Shown: piece by piece, positions 63,714 to 64,000 of the stretch
How the letters are laid out: each line of letters starts with the position of its first letter
Position numbering within the stretch: the first letter of the stretch is position 1
Source of the DNA: an uncultured delta proteobacterium
Lineage (GTDB): Bacteria; Desulfobacterota; Binatia; Binatales; Binataceae
NCBI GenBank assembly: GCA_963710425.1
Contig: CAVQAR010000036.1
Coordinates: 34,416 to 98,415, forward strand
Reading direction: 5' to 3'
DNA length: 64,000 nucleotides
Made by a program: the position numbers and the translations under genes
The notes under the pieces: model-generated
Told to the model about the DNA's origin: nothing
Database searches by the model: none
What the model saw: only the letters and a program-made list of their open reading frames with translations

Positions 63714-64000
63714 CTAAGGCTTCGCGAGCATCTCGAAGTACGAAACGTCGATCAAGTCGGCCTTCCCGACGTTGAGCGCTGCGAGGATTTCGTTCACGGC
63801 ATCGCGGCTGCGCTCGGGATCGTCGCCGTCTGCAATCACCGCCTCGATCTCGCCGAAGTCGCCCAGCTTGCGTAACCTGGTCAAGATGCAGTCGGACGTT
63901 GTCGCGCATCATCAGGATTCGGACCTTTTCAACTATCGCAATCGGTCCGAGCGCGGCGGCGAGAATTCTTAACGTCCGCGGCGGATCGGCGACCTTCACA
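63714..64000 (-). CDS. CYTH domain / class IV adenylate cyclase C-terminus (5' truncated, frameshifted)
   Basis: VEKVRIL...VRLHLDQV then LGDFGEIEAV...LI..SYFEML, matching the CyaB pattern. Confidence 0.8.

Overview
GC-rich Gram-negative bacterial chromosome segment. Gene content and order look deltaproteobacterial-like; Candidatus Binatia/Binatota is my guess, by inference only. About 25 genes are broken by single-base indels, including essential ones (gmk, rel, lpxA, bamA, waaA). I read this as unpolished long-read error, not pseudogenisation. Layout: 0-9.8 kb, LPS-core glycosyltransferases and kinases plus yicC-gmk-rel-ridA. 9.8-33.2 kb, a minus-strand envelope run lolC/E-lolD-bamA-skp-fabZ-lpxA-lpxI-gnnA-like ... 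lpxB-msbA-waaA-lpxK-trm112-GT87-kdkA-like. The most interesting part is a 15-gene, about 9 kb Cys-rich copper/redox cluster (15442-24443) sitting co-directionally inside this lipid A run. It encodes a DUF2318 Fe-S protein, three SCO lipoproteins, two HCYCGC proteins with an extra MCxAGHCCC motif, two putative outer-membrane barrels (one starting CACGCG), CopC, CopD, TlpA, a rhodanese, MauE/DoxX, and a small Pro-tailed ORF resembling copper-sensing leader peptides. 33-64 kb holds a lone gspD secretin, menA, CoA transferases, slt, maf-yggS-proC-yggT-yggU, a di-heme protein, a 12-Cys secreted protein, an ADH-hydantoinase A/B operon, thiI, Nudix enzymes, a sulfatase, a GST and a CYTH fragment. Several intergenic regions are mosaics of palindromic REP-like modules. 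I found no rRNA, tRNA, CRISPR array, integrase or transposase.
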